A DNA stretch of 64,000 nt. Source: Phoronis australis (taxonomy: Eukaryota > Animalia > Phoronida). Positions 25,212-36,472 of this stretch are shown piece after piece. Under the pieces are notes generated by a model that saw only the letters and a list, made by a program, of their open reading frames with translations, was not told the origin of the DNA and did no database searches. A program made the position numbers and the translations under genes. The stretch is from positions 156,970 through 220,969 of the forward strand of contig NMRA01000597.1 of NCBI GenBank assembly GCA_002633005.1, read 5' to 3'. Positions within the stretch are counted from its first letter, which is position 1. Each line of letters begins with the position of its first letter.

Positions 25212-28200
25212 TAAGTAATATCATGAGACCAATTTTATGACAGTAAAAAGGCCTACTTCGGGGCAAAATACAGCTTTAAAAAAGCTCGTGATATCGAGAT
25301 AGCCCATCCGCTACACAGACCTACTTTAATTGAATTTTCACTAACCGTGTTAGTGATCTTATAACAATGGCTAATTGTCTCGGCCATCTCACCTTCTTCA
25401 AATTTCACATGTGGTAGTTGACAACTATCGTGTCTGTGTTTTCAAATTTTCAATAGAATTAGAGTCATGCAGACATACTTTATATGGAATGGCATATTGT
25501 TTACGCGTATACTTATTTATTATTTTTATTTAAGTATTCTTTGTATTGTTTAGTTTTCCAGGCATTTTAACTTTAGCACCACGTTCGCATTCTTAAAAAA
25601 CGCCTTGGCACTAACGCAAATGTGTAAAACTTTTTTCCGCTAATATATGCGTGCATTGCCGGGTTAAGGGAAGCATTCTGGCATGGCCGAAAACGCATTT
25701 TTTAAATTAAGTTATTGCTTTGACCAGACTTATAGCAACTAAGTCCGTTGTTTTGTGATTTCAGCACAGAATCTGCTATTGTTGCCTTTAGCCGCTACTG
25801 AAATCGAGGCCAGTGGTGACCGTCTAGCTACCCCCCGGATGAGGGGCAGCTTCAACAATAAAGCGTCGGACTGCGAACGCTGAGGTGCTGAGAATCCGCC
25901 TTGGGGTTAGCTTCGTTACGGGCCCCCAGCGCGCAGTTGATTTCTTAAGTCGAAAAGCGATTTCTTAGTTTCTTGCTCATTGGCTTCACACTTTCTTGGA
26001 AAAGTCACTAGTCTGATGGATGCTGCTACTTTCTCATTTAAAAAGACTGTTTAGTAAACAATACATAAACTCACCGCTTATTTGTCATTTAGTTAATTAT
26101 TCTGTACACAATGAATTATTGTAAGTATCCCACAGCAGTATTGTACGAAGGCTCGTTGCAAATCTCATCCATCAGACTAAAAGCTTGTTGAATAAGACTT
26201 GATGACATATTCTTGATCGGACATCAACGTGGAATTTAAAGCATAAAACAACTATTGTGATGAGGGGGCCATCTGTGTGCCAATTGTTGCTAAATTACCC
26301 GACCAGTCAACGAGTCGGAACGGATCGGATCGGATCTGCTAGTTGGATCTCAAAGAACCAATTTTCTATCTTACTGTGTCAATTTAATCTCAAACAACCC
26401 CTTTTTATTGCAAATTTGAACCGGCCAACAAACATAAAAAACGCGGTACAGAGGTGGATTGGAAAATCAACGTATCATTTCGCACGGAATCCGACGTGAC
26501 CGAAAACCCGTCCCATCTTAGCGTCACATCCCATACACGCCTCCTGCGGGAATATACGTAACATGATGCCCCTGGCCTTGATTATCGTGAAGATAAGATT
26601 TGGTTTGCGTTTTGGAATGATGGCGTGTCATGCGTTAGTCCAGGTGCATTAGCTTCAAAATTTCCCAAGACCATTCTCTGAAAGGAGGCAAATCGAACCC
26701 TCACCACAGGCCGTAGACTCGGGCCCATCACACGATTATTTTGGGGTTAAATTTGCTAATTCCGATTTTTTGTTATAAACATCATAAAAACACAACGGAT
26801 ATTGTTGCTTATTAGTTTTGGTAAAAGCTAATAACTTCAAGTCTATCACATCCAACAATATCCCAAAAAATTTTCCAGCGTGAAACCAATTGTCCCTTTA
26901 AGTAGACAACAGGAGGCTCTGCTGGAGTCACATCTGTGCATAGATCGACAGGTGACCCCACATCTCCATTTTTATCTCGTGTGCAGTGATATCAAAATGT
27001 GTCAAGCTGTTATGAAAACAACAGAAAGTCCAGTTGAGAATTCGTCAACCGGGAGCGCAACAGCTACTGTAGAACGTTCAGGGCTAGGAATGACCAACGA
27101 CAAAACAGAGGAAAATTTTCGGGGTGATGAGTCGTTTCACAAATAGATTTCTGTGAATAGAAATACTTTTATTTTTTGTGTTGTAAATTTTAAGTGAAAT
27201 AGAATTTTTGCATGAATAAAGTCAAAATAATGATCAAAAAGTGACAAAAAGAGGAAACTAGAAGTCAAATAAGGGAAATCGAAACAAAAAAGAGAAAATC
27301 TCCTCAAAAGAGGAAAATTCCAAGTCCTGAACATTCCATTTGTAAAGCGTCTGCTGCTGGATCATTCCTACCACCGAATTATTGTTTTTTCGCTGTTCTA
27401 AGTTCTGCACCACAGTTACCAGCAGACAGTTTCAAAAAATTGTGCATATTCATAACAATATTATAATCCCTTGAAAAATGAAAAAGTGCAATTTTTGCAA
27501 TTATTTTGTCCAAAATTGGTGAGATTTTACCATAACACCAACTTTACTGAGATTTTGATTTCTGGACTAGGGAAGTGGTGCAAATACTTGAGCCCGCAGG
27601 GTTTGACAGACTTGTCATTTAGTTAGCTTAAAGTACTGTGGCTGGAAAAAGGCTGGTTCCTTGACCCAACAGTAGATAGAGTTATCAGTCAGAGCACTGA
27701 GTAATTCAGGGATGTATCTTAAAGGTCACCCACAGTGACAAGGTTTAAAGTGGCGCACTCTATTGACCAGCTGGTGACTCAACAGTAATGTTTTCCAAAC
27801 ACTGCATGGCAATTTTTCACGTTTAATTTTGTGATCTGCAAAAGATACAAGTCAAATGTTACAAAATTTACAAAACAAGACTTACATTACAGGTTCTGTT
27901 TAGCAATCTGATAAAAGTCCTAAGTCGCCACGAAGACACTATGCACTTTCTCAGCGCACACTCAAAATAAAACAACAGAATTGTTTGGCAAAAATCAGAA
28001 GGCCCCATCTGTAAGTCTTACACAGGTAATGTGCAACATCCTCTGCTTCTGCCTTATCAGACGAGACACTCCGACATTTGCCCAGTTCGATGGTTCTTCT
28101 AGGACTCTCACGAACCCTATTACGGGACGATCTCAATTACCGTTTAGCGACTTGGGAAATTTGGTAAGTTCATAACATGCTAAGAGACGAGCCCTGTATT

Positions 28201-28387
28201 ATATAACTATAGACATGAGTCACAAAAATACATGACAACTAGAAAGTTGGTGCCAAGCCAAAAATAAGTTTTCATTTTACAGTAGAACACAAAGGAGCAG
28301 ACTAAGTCACAAAATCAAGTTCACATAGTCCTATCCACAGAACTAACATGCATTATGAAGCTGCAATGTTCACACCTCGTTTCCTAG

Positions 28388-29626
28388 TTAAAACTGCATA
28401 TGAGGGTCATTATTTCTACGACTGTTCATGTAACGGCCACTGTTCATTGAGTTATTCATTAACGAATTGCCAAATGTAGGTTGGTTCCCATAGAAACCAT
28501 CACTCATAGGGGTGCCCCCATAAGAGGGACCATCCATTGTGTTATACCCAAAAGAGCCATCCCCATAAGCACCACTGTCTGTTGGAGCTGTCCGACTGGA
28601 ATTACGATCTCTCACAGTATCTTTAAACAGGTCCATTGAGAAACTTTTCCCACGATCCATTTCCAGTGCTTCTTTAGCTGCGCGCAGGAGATAGTACTGT
28701 GCTGCTTCAATTTCCTCCTCCGTTCCAATCAGTGTCGTGACGGATTCATCACAACCTGGCTTGGCTTTTGCAATGTTTATCGTGGCCTTAGACCTCGCCC
28801 GTATCCAGCCAATGCGGTCTCCACCTTGCCCGATGATGAAGCCAACCAGGTTGTTCGGAATGGTGCACTCAAATTTTTTCCGTTTTGTCTTGTCATTACT
28901 GTTACCTGTAACCAAGTCAGTGGTGTGCGTCGGAGCTTTGTAACCGCCAAGGTGATCGTCAAATGGAGCTTGTGTTTCAGTTAAGGTTTCGTTGTCAAAA
29001 AATCCAAACGACAACCCAAATTGTTCCACAGGATTTTTCTCAGGATCAAACAGTTGACTGTCGCCTTGAATAAAATAGTTTTTCAAATACTGGAAAATGC
29101 TCTCCACTGCTTTTATTACTGCATCGAGATTCCCCAGAACCCACACTACTCTTTCAGTTGAATTCGGAAGAGTGTCGTTGAAAACTTTTAACACACTCAC
29201 GCCACTCGATGACTTCAGCTCCTTAATTTTAGCACCTTTTGCACCAATAAGACGACCACATAAGCTGCGATCCACAAGTAAGTGAATGCCACATGGAAAG
29301 TTGGTTCGTCCTTCTTCCTTGAAAGCTGTATGCCTTTCAAGATTGATGAAAATGTCGGTTAAGCAGCGACACACAGTGTCCAACGATGCATCGATAGACA
29401 GAAGTCTTTCCTCACTTTTTGTGGAAGGCACCAAAATGGTCGACTCGTATTCACTTCTAAGTCGCTTAATATTGGCCCCTCGCTTTCCGATGACAGATCC
29501 AGCATCCATATCCCGAACTAAGGCTCGGAACTGAACTGGAAAAGCAGCAGATTTCTTGGACTGCGATTCCTCTTCGACGACATCGACGTTTTCTGTACCT
29601 TTAGCTGCTTTAGTAAGTGAAGCCAT
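28388..29626 (-). CDS. Intronless hnRNP K / PCBP-family protein with three KH domains, 412 aa
   Basis: First in-frame ATG is 29626 (the ORF track starts at a GTG). Three GxxG loops: AGSVIGKRGANIKRLR, CGRLIGAKGAKIKELK, VGFIIGQGGDRIGWIR. KH1 and KH2 resemble hnRNP K (LPNSTERVV). G/S/N/M/Y-rich tail. Confidence 0.88.
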   Translation of the reverse strand: MASLTKAAKGTENVDVVEEESQSKKSAAFPVQFRALVRDMDAGSVIGKRGANIKRLRSEYESTILVPSTKSEERLLSIDASLDTVCRCLTDIFINLERHTAFKEEGRTNFPCGIHLLVDRSLCGRLIGAKGAKIKELKSSSGVSVLKVFNDTLPNSTERVVWVLGNLDAVIKAVESIFQYLKNYFIQGDSQLFDPEKNPVEQFGLSFGFFDNETLTETQAPFDDHLGGYKAPTHTTDLVTGNSNDKTKRKKFECTIPNNLVGFIIGQGGDRIGWIRARSKATINIAKAKPGCDESVTTLIGTEEEIEAAQYYLLRAAKEALEMDRGKSFSMDLFKDTVRDRNSSRTAPTDSGAYGDGSFGYNTMDGPSYGGTPMSDGFYGNQPTFGNSLMNNSMNSGRYMNSRRNNDPHMQF

Positions 29627-29711
29627 TCCGTTAAAATTTCCTTTGCAAAGCAAACGAAAGTAGCGTAAATCCGGTAAAAATGTCAAGACAATGAGGGCAA
29701 TATCACCGAAC

Positions 29712-29724
29712 ACCCGCCATTTGC
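29712..29724 (-). promoter_or_regulatory. YY1-like motif upstream of the KH gene
   Basis: Minus strand CAAATGGCGG ~90 bp upstream of the ATG, within a CpG-containing stretch. Confidence 0.35.
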
Positions 29725-30278
29725 AAATAGCGAACCTAGCGGTGACTCAGGTTGAGGTGGAAGGGAAGTACTGACCTCTATTGGCGGAAATTAGCTTTAC
29801 AACGCGTAGTTAACGCGCTGAAATTTTAACATAGTCTTATTGGCAGCAGCATTTTATGCTCAGAGAAAATAGGACCTGTATCACTGCGCTCACTTCCATA
29901 GTCAGAAGGGCCACGCGAAATCAAACGTGGGTTTCTTGTACGCCAAACAGGACCGGATAGCCGATTTAACCTGACCTCTGAGTCATTGCATAGGCCCCTA
30001 ATCGATTTTTTTGAATGCATATGCAGCATCTTCAAAGTACAAATCTCGCGGGAATGAATGCTATCTAGGTTACATAATACTAATATAAGCCCGGTCGCCT
30101 TTTTAAAAATCCAACAATTCGCCCGTTAATTCGATCTCCAAAAGCCACTAAACTAAAATAACTGAAAACGAACGGAATGTTACGATTTTTGTATCGTGTT
30201 GTTAAAACAAATGAGAATTTTCGTTCAAGTTTATTTGTTCAACTAGAAACTGTCGTACAACCACGGCAGGCTTAGACC

Positions 30279-30543
30279 TAGTAGCGCGCAGAAGGCTGGC
30301 CGACGGAGCGATGCCATCGACCATCCACACTGGGGGCATCCATATCGGGGTTGGGGGCATCCAATCACTGAGAAGAAACTTCTTGAGCTGTGACTAATTT
30401 GTAATTAAATTGAATAAAGTTTCTATTTTATGTTTCATCTTTTCACTTTTCTTGGCGCTAATTAGGTCCATGCCGGTTGAGTGGAGAGAGGGACATCCAA
30501 TAAAAAATCGCCCCGGGCATCACCAAACCTCTGCGCGTTACTG
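30279..30543. mobile_element. hAT MITE, 8-bp TSD
   Basis: Ends TAGTAGCGCGCAGAAGG / CCTCTGCGCGTTACTG. Perfect TSD CTTAGACC (30271-30278, 30544-30551). Confidence 0.85.
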
Positions 30544-30789
30544 CTTAGACCCAAGTGGCGGGGCTACTTTGCATCATATTAACGTGCACGTATCTGCTCT
30601 CGCCCCAGTTCAATGTCGTCAATTAATTTCCTTAGTTGCCATCGCTTTCGTGAGACAAATCTTACTGCTCACGATACTAGAAAGCACTTAAGTGTCTCGT
30701 AAGAACTGATCGTATGGCTTACGCTGTCACGCGCACGATTGTTTCGAGCTGAGCATGCGCGGGCGCCGTGCGCACTCGAGTGGTGGAGC

Positions 30790-30813
30790 CATAGACATAT
30801 TAAGATGTCTATG
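30790..30813. mobile_element. 24-bp palindromic transposon footprint (P-element-like CATAG termini)
   Basis: CATAGACAT-ATTAAG-ATGTCTATG flanked by GGTGGAGC / GGTGGACC (7/8 direct repeat). Confidence 0.6.
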
Positions 30814-32149
30814 GGTGGACCATTTGGTAGCAAACAAGCCGATTTTTATATTAAGCTCTATATGGAGACCGAGCAACAGAATGATGGCGAGTAGATGACG
30901 AAAACAGCGCTTGATAATAAATTAATGCGCTATCTGCTGCACCAGGGTGCTGCTTGTTTGTTTGAACACAAAATCTTTTAGAATATTGAGTTATCTTTTA
31001 TTCCTCATCGGATCTTGGCTTCGCTTGGCTGCCTGTGCCGGGGTGCTTGGTGATGGTAAGAATTTCTGATTGTAATGGTATAAGGCTTTGAACAATTGCA
31101 TTGGAAAAAAATGAAGACTTGTTTTCTTGGTATCCAGGGCTAACTAGTAATACTGACCCTGAGTTGGACCTAGCAAAAAACGTGGCCGACTTTGCTAGCC
31201 ATCGGATTTTTACCGACATTAAATTTGCAAAATTAAGCATACGGAGGCATTCAGTAAGAAAAACGAATTTTGTGACTATCCTGATACCACCTAAAATGGA
31301 TCGAAATCCTTTTTACCCCAGTGTCACATGATGCCAGTCGGATCGGATCCGTCTTTAAACAGTGGTGCTCAACTGATTTCAAACTGCATCGGACGCAGAC
31401 CTGAACCCACGCTATTTTTGGCCTTTTCGATAACTCATCCGTCCTTGAATTGCTGCATACTTGCTCATTATTCAATTCACATGTTTCGCACTCATGTGCG
31501 TGCTCCAAAATCCCGTGTAACAGGCGCAGCATCAGTTTCAGGAGCCCGGCCCCAACTCATATGGAAAATCGTTTTGTATTGTATTTCGACTGCACGCACC
31601 GCTTGTGATCTAGCAAGCGGTGTTGGACGGAATCATGAAAGCGATAAAATTAGCTGAGATAACGCTACCCGTGGTGCCATTCATTTGACTGAATGCCAGT
31701 GTCAACAAGAGTGAGAGGTGGCAAGTTAGAACGATGAAAAGGGAGGGAGACCCACTGAAGTAAAAACGTGAGAAAAAACGTGACCAAGATTAAAGACAGT
31801 AGCCAGATGGATTCATTACGGGAGAAATTGGACGTGAAAACGAACAGCTTTCGCCTTCTCCGGCTTCACCCAACTGTCATTTGTACCTCATCCATTCCTC
31901 TTTTAGATGACTGCAGCACGATCGCTACATATGCAAGTATAACATGGGAGCACAAATGAACACACGCAATCAGAATGTCTTAATTTTGGCCGGCAACATC
32001 GACCCAAATCGTTGAAATTTGTGTCAAATTGGACCCTACATAACACAGCTTCATACGTAAGAGCTGAGCATGGAACTAAATGTGTCTTATACAGTAATCA
32101 ATGAATACAGCGTTGAATGTTTGTATTTAAAATTTAAACATAATAGCTT

Positions 32150-33121
32150 CACACGAATTAGAAACCGGTGCACTGACGGAGTTACCATTAAGCCTTTCAC
32201 TTGAACTGTTTGATAAAATCGCTGTGCCAACTATGTGCTACGGTGCGGAATTCTGGGGATTCAAAGAAAATGAATGGCTTGAAAATGTATGGGATAAATT
32301 CTGTAAAATTTCTCTTGGAGTTGGAAACTCTTGCTCAAACGCAGCTGTATTGGGTGAATGTGGAATATGTCCACTCTATGCAAAGTACTATGTCACGTGT
32401 GTAAAATATTGGCTAAAGTTATTGAAAATGCCACCTTAGATACGCTAAAGCGACTTATGACGTGTTAGCTGATTTAGATCGGAATGGAAGAAATAGTTTA
32501 CGGTTGGGTATCTTCTGTTAGACAATTGCTATCAAAATACGGTTTTTATGAAATTTGGTTGAATCAAGGTGCAACGTGCGAAGTCTTGTTTTTTTAGAAG
32601 TATCTTCGCGCAAAGAGTTAATGACTGCTATGAGCAAGGTTGGCGATCATAATGCAAACTTAAATACTTCTGTAATTTTAAGACTCAGTACTCTTTTGAA
32701 CCATATCTTAAGTTACCACTACATAATAGTCTTATTCAAGCGTTTACTCGGTTACGTTGCTCCAGCCATAGACTACAAGTGGAAGTGGGTAGACACAAGA
32801 AAGTGGAATATTATAGAAGATTATGTTTAATTTGCAATGATGGTCTTGTAGAGGATGAATACCACTTCCTTTTGATTTGCAAGGGATACTTTGAACTTAG
32901 GTCACGTTTTTATGAAAGAAGTTCAATAGAAGCACCCAACTCAAGAATGCTGTACACGCCTGCTAGCTAATCCAGATATATCTGTTGTTAAATATGTGTA
33001 TTCTGCCCTCAAAAGAAAAAGAGAACAACTCTTACATGGGTTGACTGCGTGTGCAAATGAGAATGTTTGATTTTTGTTTATTGTACTTTTGGCAAGAGGC
33101 CTTCAATACAAATAAACGTAC
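32150..33121 (+). mobile_element. 3' fragment of a decayed LINE (same group as 22760-24669)
   Basis: LFDKIAVPTMCYGAEFWG, NAAVLGECG, VKYWLKLL, TRLRCSSHRLQVEVGRH, RLCLICNDGLVEDEYHFLLIC. Ends AAATAAACGTAC. Confidence 0.88.
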
Positions 33122-33296
33122 GACGAATTAAAATGAATAGACTAAAAGTTATTTCGTTTATTTGACAGTAGCAATTTTGTTCACACAAAAAGTAAAACAA
33201 GAAACCATAAAATCACAAGAACGATATATTTACATTTACTGTTTGAATTTTAAATGACTGCCACGTTTCAAATTCATTTGCACAATATTGTCAGAT

Positions 33297-36200
33297 TCAG
33301 TGCATCCTAAGTTCGACATCCTCTGCCACTTCGACTTTTGTTGTCTCTATTTCTGGAGACTGAATTTCGACACTTTTCGTCTTGGTTTCCGTATCAAGGT
33401 GTCTTGACTTCATGTGTCTTTCAAGATCACGTCTGCGAACGAGAATTTTGCCACAGTGGGGACATCTGTAGGGCGATTGTCCTTGAGCGTGCAGGCGAAT
33501 GTGTTTGTTCAAATTGCTTGGATCACCAAACGAACGGAAACAAACTTTGCATTTAAGGGGTTTGTACCCAGTGTGAGTCCGCAAATGAATTTTTAGTCCG
33601 TATTTACGAGAGTAAAGTTTACCGCAATACACACAAATGTGGCCCTTATCATGCCGGCATGAATACAAGGGTAGAACATCTAGTGGTTCTCCAACTACCT
33701 CACTTGGAGGAGGAATTCTTACCCCGGTTTCGAGGTGGTTGCCGGTGATATCACGAGCTTTAACGATACTTTGTTGACACGTGGCGGTCGTTTCCGATTT
33801 CAACCCTTCAATGCTGTTATTCAGAAAATATTTCATTTGCAGTGCGTCTTCAGAAATTGGCAATTTGCACGAATTAATAATTTTTGCCAAATCGGGGACT
33901 TTCAAGGCTGAAAGTTTTGCCAACGTTGAGGACACGTTTGAAAACCTGTGTGATAGCCGACTGTTTGTCAACAGGGAGTTTTTCGTGTGTGCGGCAGGAA
34001 TTCCACCGTACTGGAACATTCGTTCTTGCTGTATCATCCATGGTTGCCAAATTAGCGGAAGTGGCGCAAACAATTGCGATAAATGGTTGCACAGCCGTAA
34101 ATGACTCTTCAAACTATTCGGGAACGCATACGACTGTTTGCAGCGCGAGCAGACATACCGATTGTTTGCTGAAAATTGAGAACAAAACTTATGATTAGCA
34201 CGATTTGAGGAAGATCATTTTTAATAGTTAGCATACCAATCAGACTCAAAGGCAGATTCAGGGGCAGGGATCCGTCTCCCTTCCGGACATGACCAGAAAA
34301 ACACCTCCCTGCATGCCGTTTTCAGGGATTACGCGAAAACATTTCATTTGCAAATTGCGGTTGGGACCCTTCATTGTGGCATCTTAGAACCGCCAGTGAG
34401 ACTGCAAAGTATGAAGCTGACAGAAACCAAAATGTTACACACATGGATAAGCTCCTACTATGGTTCTTTCGTACTGCCATCTATTCATCTGATTTGTTCA
34501 TTGTTGTGCAAGGAATAGATCAGTCTTTTTAAATAAACATCTTTTCTCTGTCTTGTCGAAGCCTAAACAACTATTGCTTCTCAGCTCGAAACAGTACCAG
34601 GAGATTCATTCATACATTATTTGTAAACTGTCATGTCGGGCGTTGTAAACTCCATCAATAAATATCCTGACACGACCCAACGTATTGTATGACTTGTCAT
34701 GCGATATATTGACATTCTCATGGGTTGTATTTAGACAATGGATTTGACCTAAACTGTCCACTTCCGACGTTGGAAACAGTGTAAATATGTATCCACTCCA
34801 GCTCTGTTGTAATTAAATAATTAACTGTTGCGTTGTTTACAAATGCAGTGTAAATGACAAACATGTCAGACTAAGATCGTTCTTTCTAAATTGAAATCAC
34901 ACACCAACTGCGACTTCGTCAATGATGTCAGTTTTCGGTATTTGTAGCGAAACGTTTTTGTCATACACACCAATTTGATTTTGTCCAGGGAAATCCATGT
35001 TTTCTTATAAAAATATTTGCCTAGCGTTTATTGTTGTTATCGCTAATCAATGTTTTCAACTAAAACGGCGTATTACAAATCACATCATGTGTGTTAAGGA
35101 CTCTGTCCAAATGCTGTATAAAATTTTACAAAGGTTACTAGATCTCCTTAAGTCTAATAATTCTGTTTCGACAGACAAGCCTCTTACTTAGAATAAACCA
35201 CGTTGCAAATTTGCAAGTCCATTAAGTGCGATAAGTAATTTATAAACAATAAATTATGTTAAAATCAACCAACAAGTTTTGGTGAGGCAAATCATTAAAT
35301 AATTAGAACTAACAAGGTCAATTATATTATGTGATTTTCTCGACCATAATACCTGAATTTGTGTTATTATCTTTTTCATTTATTCGTCCCGTACTAACTC
35401 GACTAAAAATTTTTCAACCCTCACCGAAACAACAATGAGAGTGTGATACCAGGGGTGGATCCAAGATTTTGAGTTTGGGGGCTAGGGCAGAATATTAGCC
35501 AGGATTTTGCCCGTCATGCATTCGCACTCTCGAACTGACAAATGGAATATGGGAGAATTTTAGGGGGTGCATGGCCCCTTGGCCTCTCTCTAAATCCGCC
35601 ACTGGATACAATGTCTACGCAAGTCTTACAAGACCGTATCGTGTCTATTTAAAGGTAACTTACCTATAATGTTACTTGGTGATAATACCGGTATGTCAAG
35701 CGTCCTTGACAACTCATGTCCATACCAGATGAGCAGACGATCGCCACCTTTCACATCTTTTGTCACCTTGATGTACACTTGAGAGTTATGAAGAACGAAC
35801 TCGAGATTCTGTTCGTAATGGTCGCGTGCGGCTTGCACGAAAAACATCCAATCATTGTCTGTTAACGTAAGATGACTTGGAAACGTCTGCCTCCGCCGAA
35901 TTTGGCCGTTGTCAAATTGAACCTATACAAATAGTTACCCAATGAATTACAATTTCAATTTTGGAACAGATTCAGTCAGACTGCGCATATAACATTCAAC
36001 TTGGGCCTGCTGAATTGTGTTGCAGTATAATACCAACAGTATGACAACGCCCTTTTTTAGAAGATAACTGTGCTGCTTGCCCCAACAATTGATTCTGGTA
36101 CATTTATAGTAAGTCTAGTCGTTTCTTATGTCATCACAAACTTATCATCATACCTCAATTGCGAAGGCCTTGGAGAGCATATCTGTGGCTGAAAGTTGAA

Positions 36201-36300
36201 AACAGGTGTCCAACGGGCACGGACCGACAACTGTCCCGCACGGTATGTCTGACACCGACGTAACGCCCTTTAAACCAGGGTGCATCAAAGTACTAAACAT
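33297..36300 (-). CDS. PRDM13: PR/SET domain zinc finger protein 13, 425 aa
   Basis: Exons 36300-36154, 35922-35664 and 34168-33297 (phases 0, 1; total 1278 nt). PR domain motif WMFFVQAARDHYEQNL...LLIWYG. First finger RYVCSRCKQSYAFPNSLKSHL. Diagnostic C-terminal fingers CVYCGKLYSRKYGLKIHLRTHTGYKPLKCKVCFRSFGDPSNLNKHIRLH...VRRRDLERHMKSRH. Confidence 0.95.
34247..34398. mobile_element. Short hAT5-type MITE in PRDM13 intron 2
   Basis: Degenerate ends CAAAGGCAGATTCAGG / TAGAACCGCCAGTG. TSD AGACT on both sides. Confidence 0.65.
35450..35604. mobile_element. Short hAT5-type MITE in PRDM13 intron 2
   Basis: CAGGGGTGGATCCAAG ... TAAATCCGCCACTG. TSD GATAC on both sides. Homologous to 39798-39956. Confidence 0.85.
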
Positions 36301-36462
36301 GTTGGAGATATTTGGAAAAAGCAAGTCAAATGGTGTATTTATTGCTACACCAGTTCGTAGACCAGTGCCTGTGATCTAGTGGCAGAAGGTGTCGTGGGGC
36401 GCCCTTTTGTAGTTGAGGGAAACATTTTTGTGAGAGAATTTTCCGATGACACAGGTGTCAAA

Positions 36463-36472
36463 CTTTTATATA
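36463..36472 (-). promoter_or_regulatory. Candidate TATA box of PRDM13
   Basis: Minus strand TATATAAAAG ~165 bp upstream of the ATG. Confidence 0.55.

Noticed and set aside
29627-29713. 29-aa N-terminal extension of the KH protein in the ORF track
   Set aside because: Starts at GTG. The first in-frame ATG is 29626, and the ATG at 29720 is out of frame and stops after five codons.
30900-31330. Another decayed THAP-like ORF
   Set aside because: Only faint motif fragments in different frames, which is not supportable by eye.
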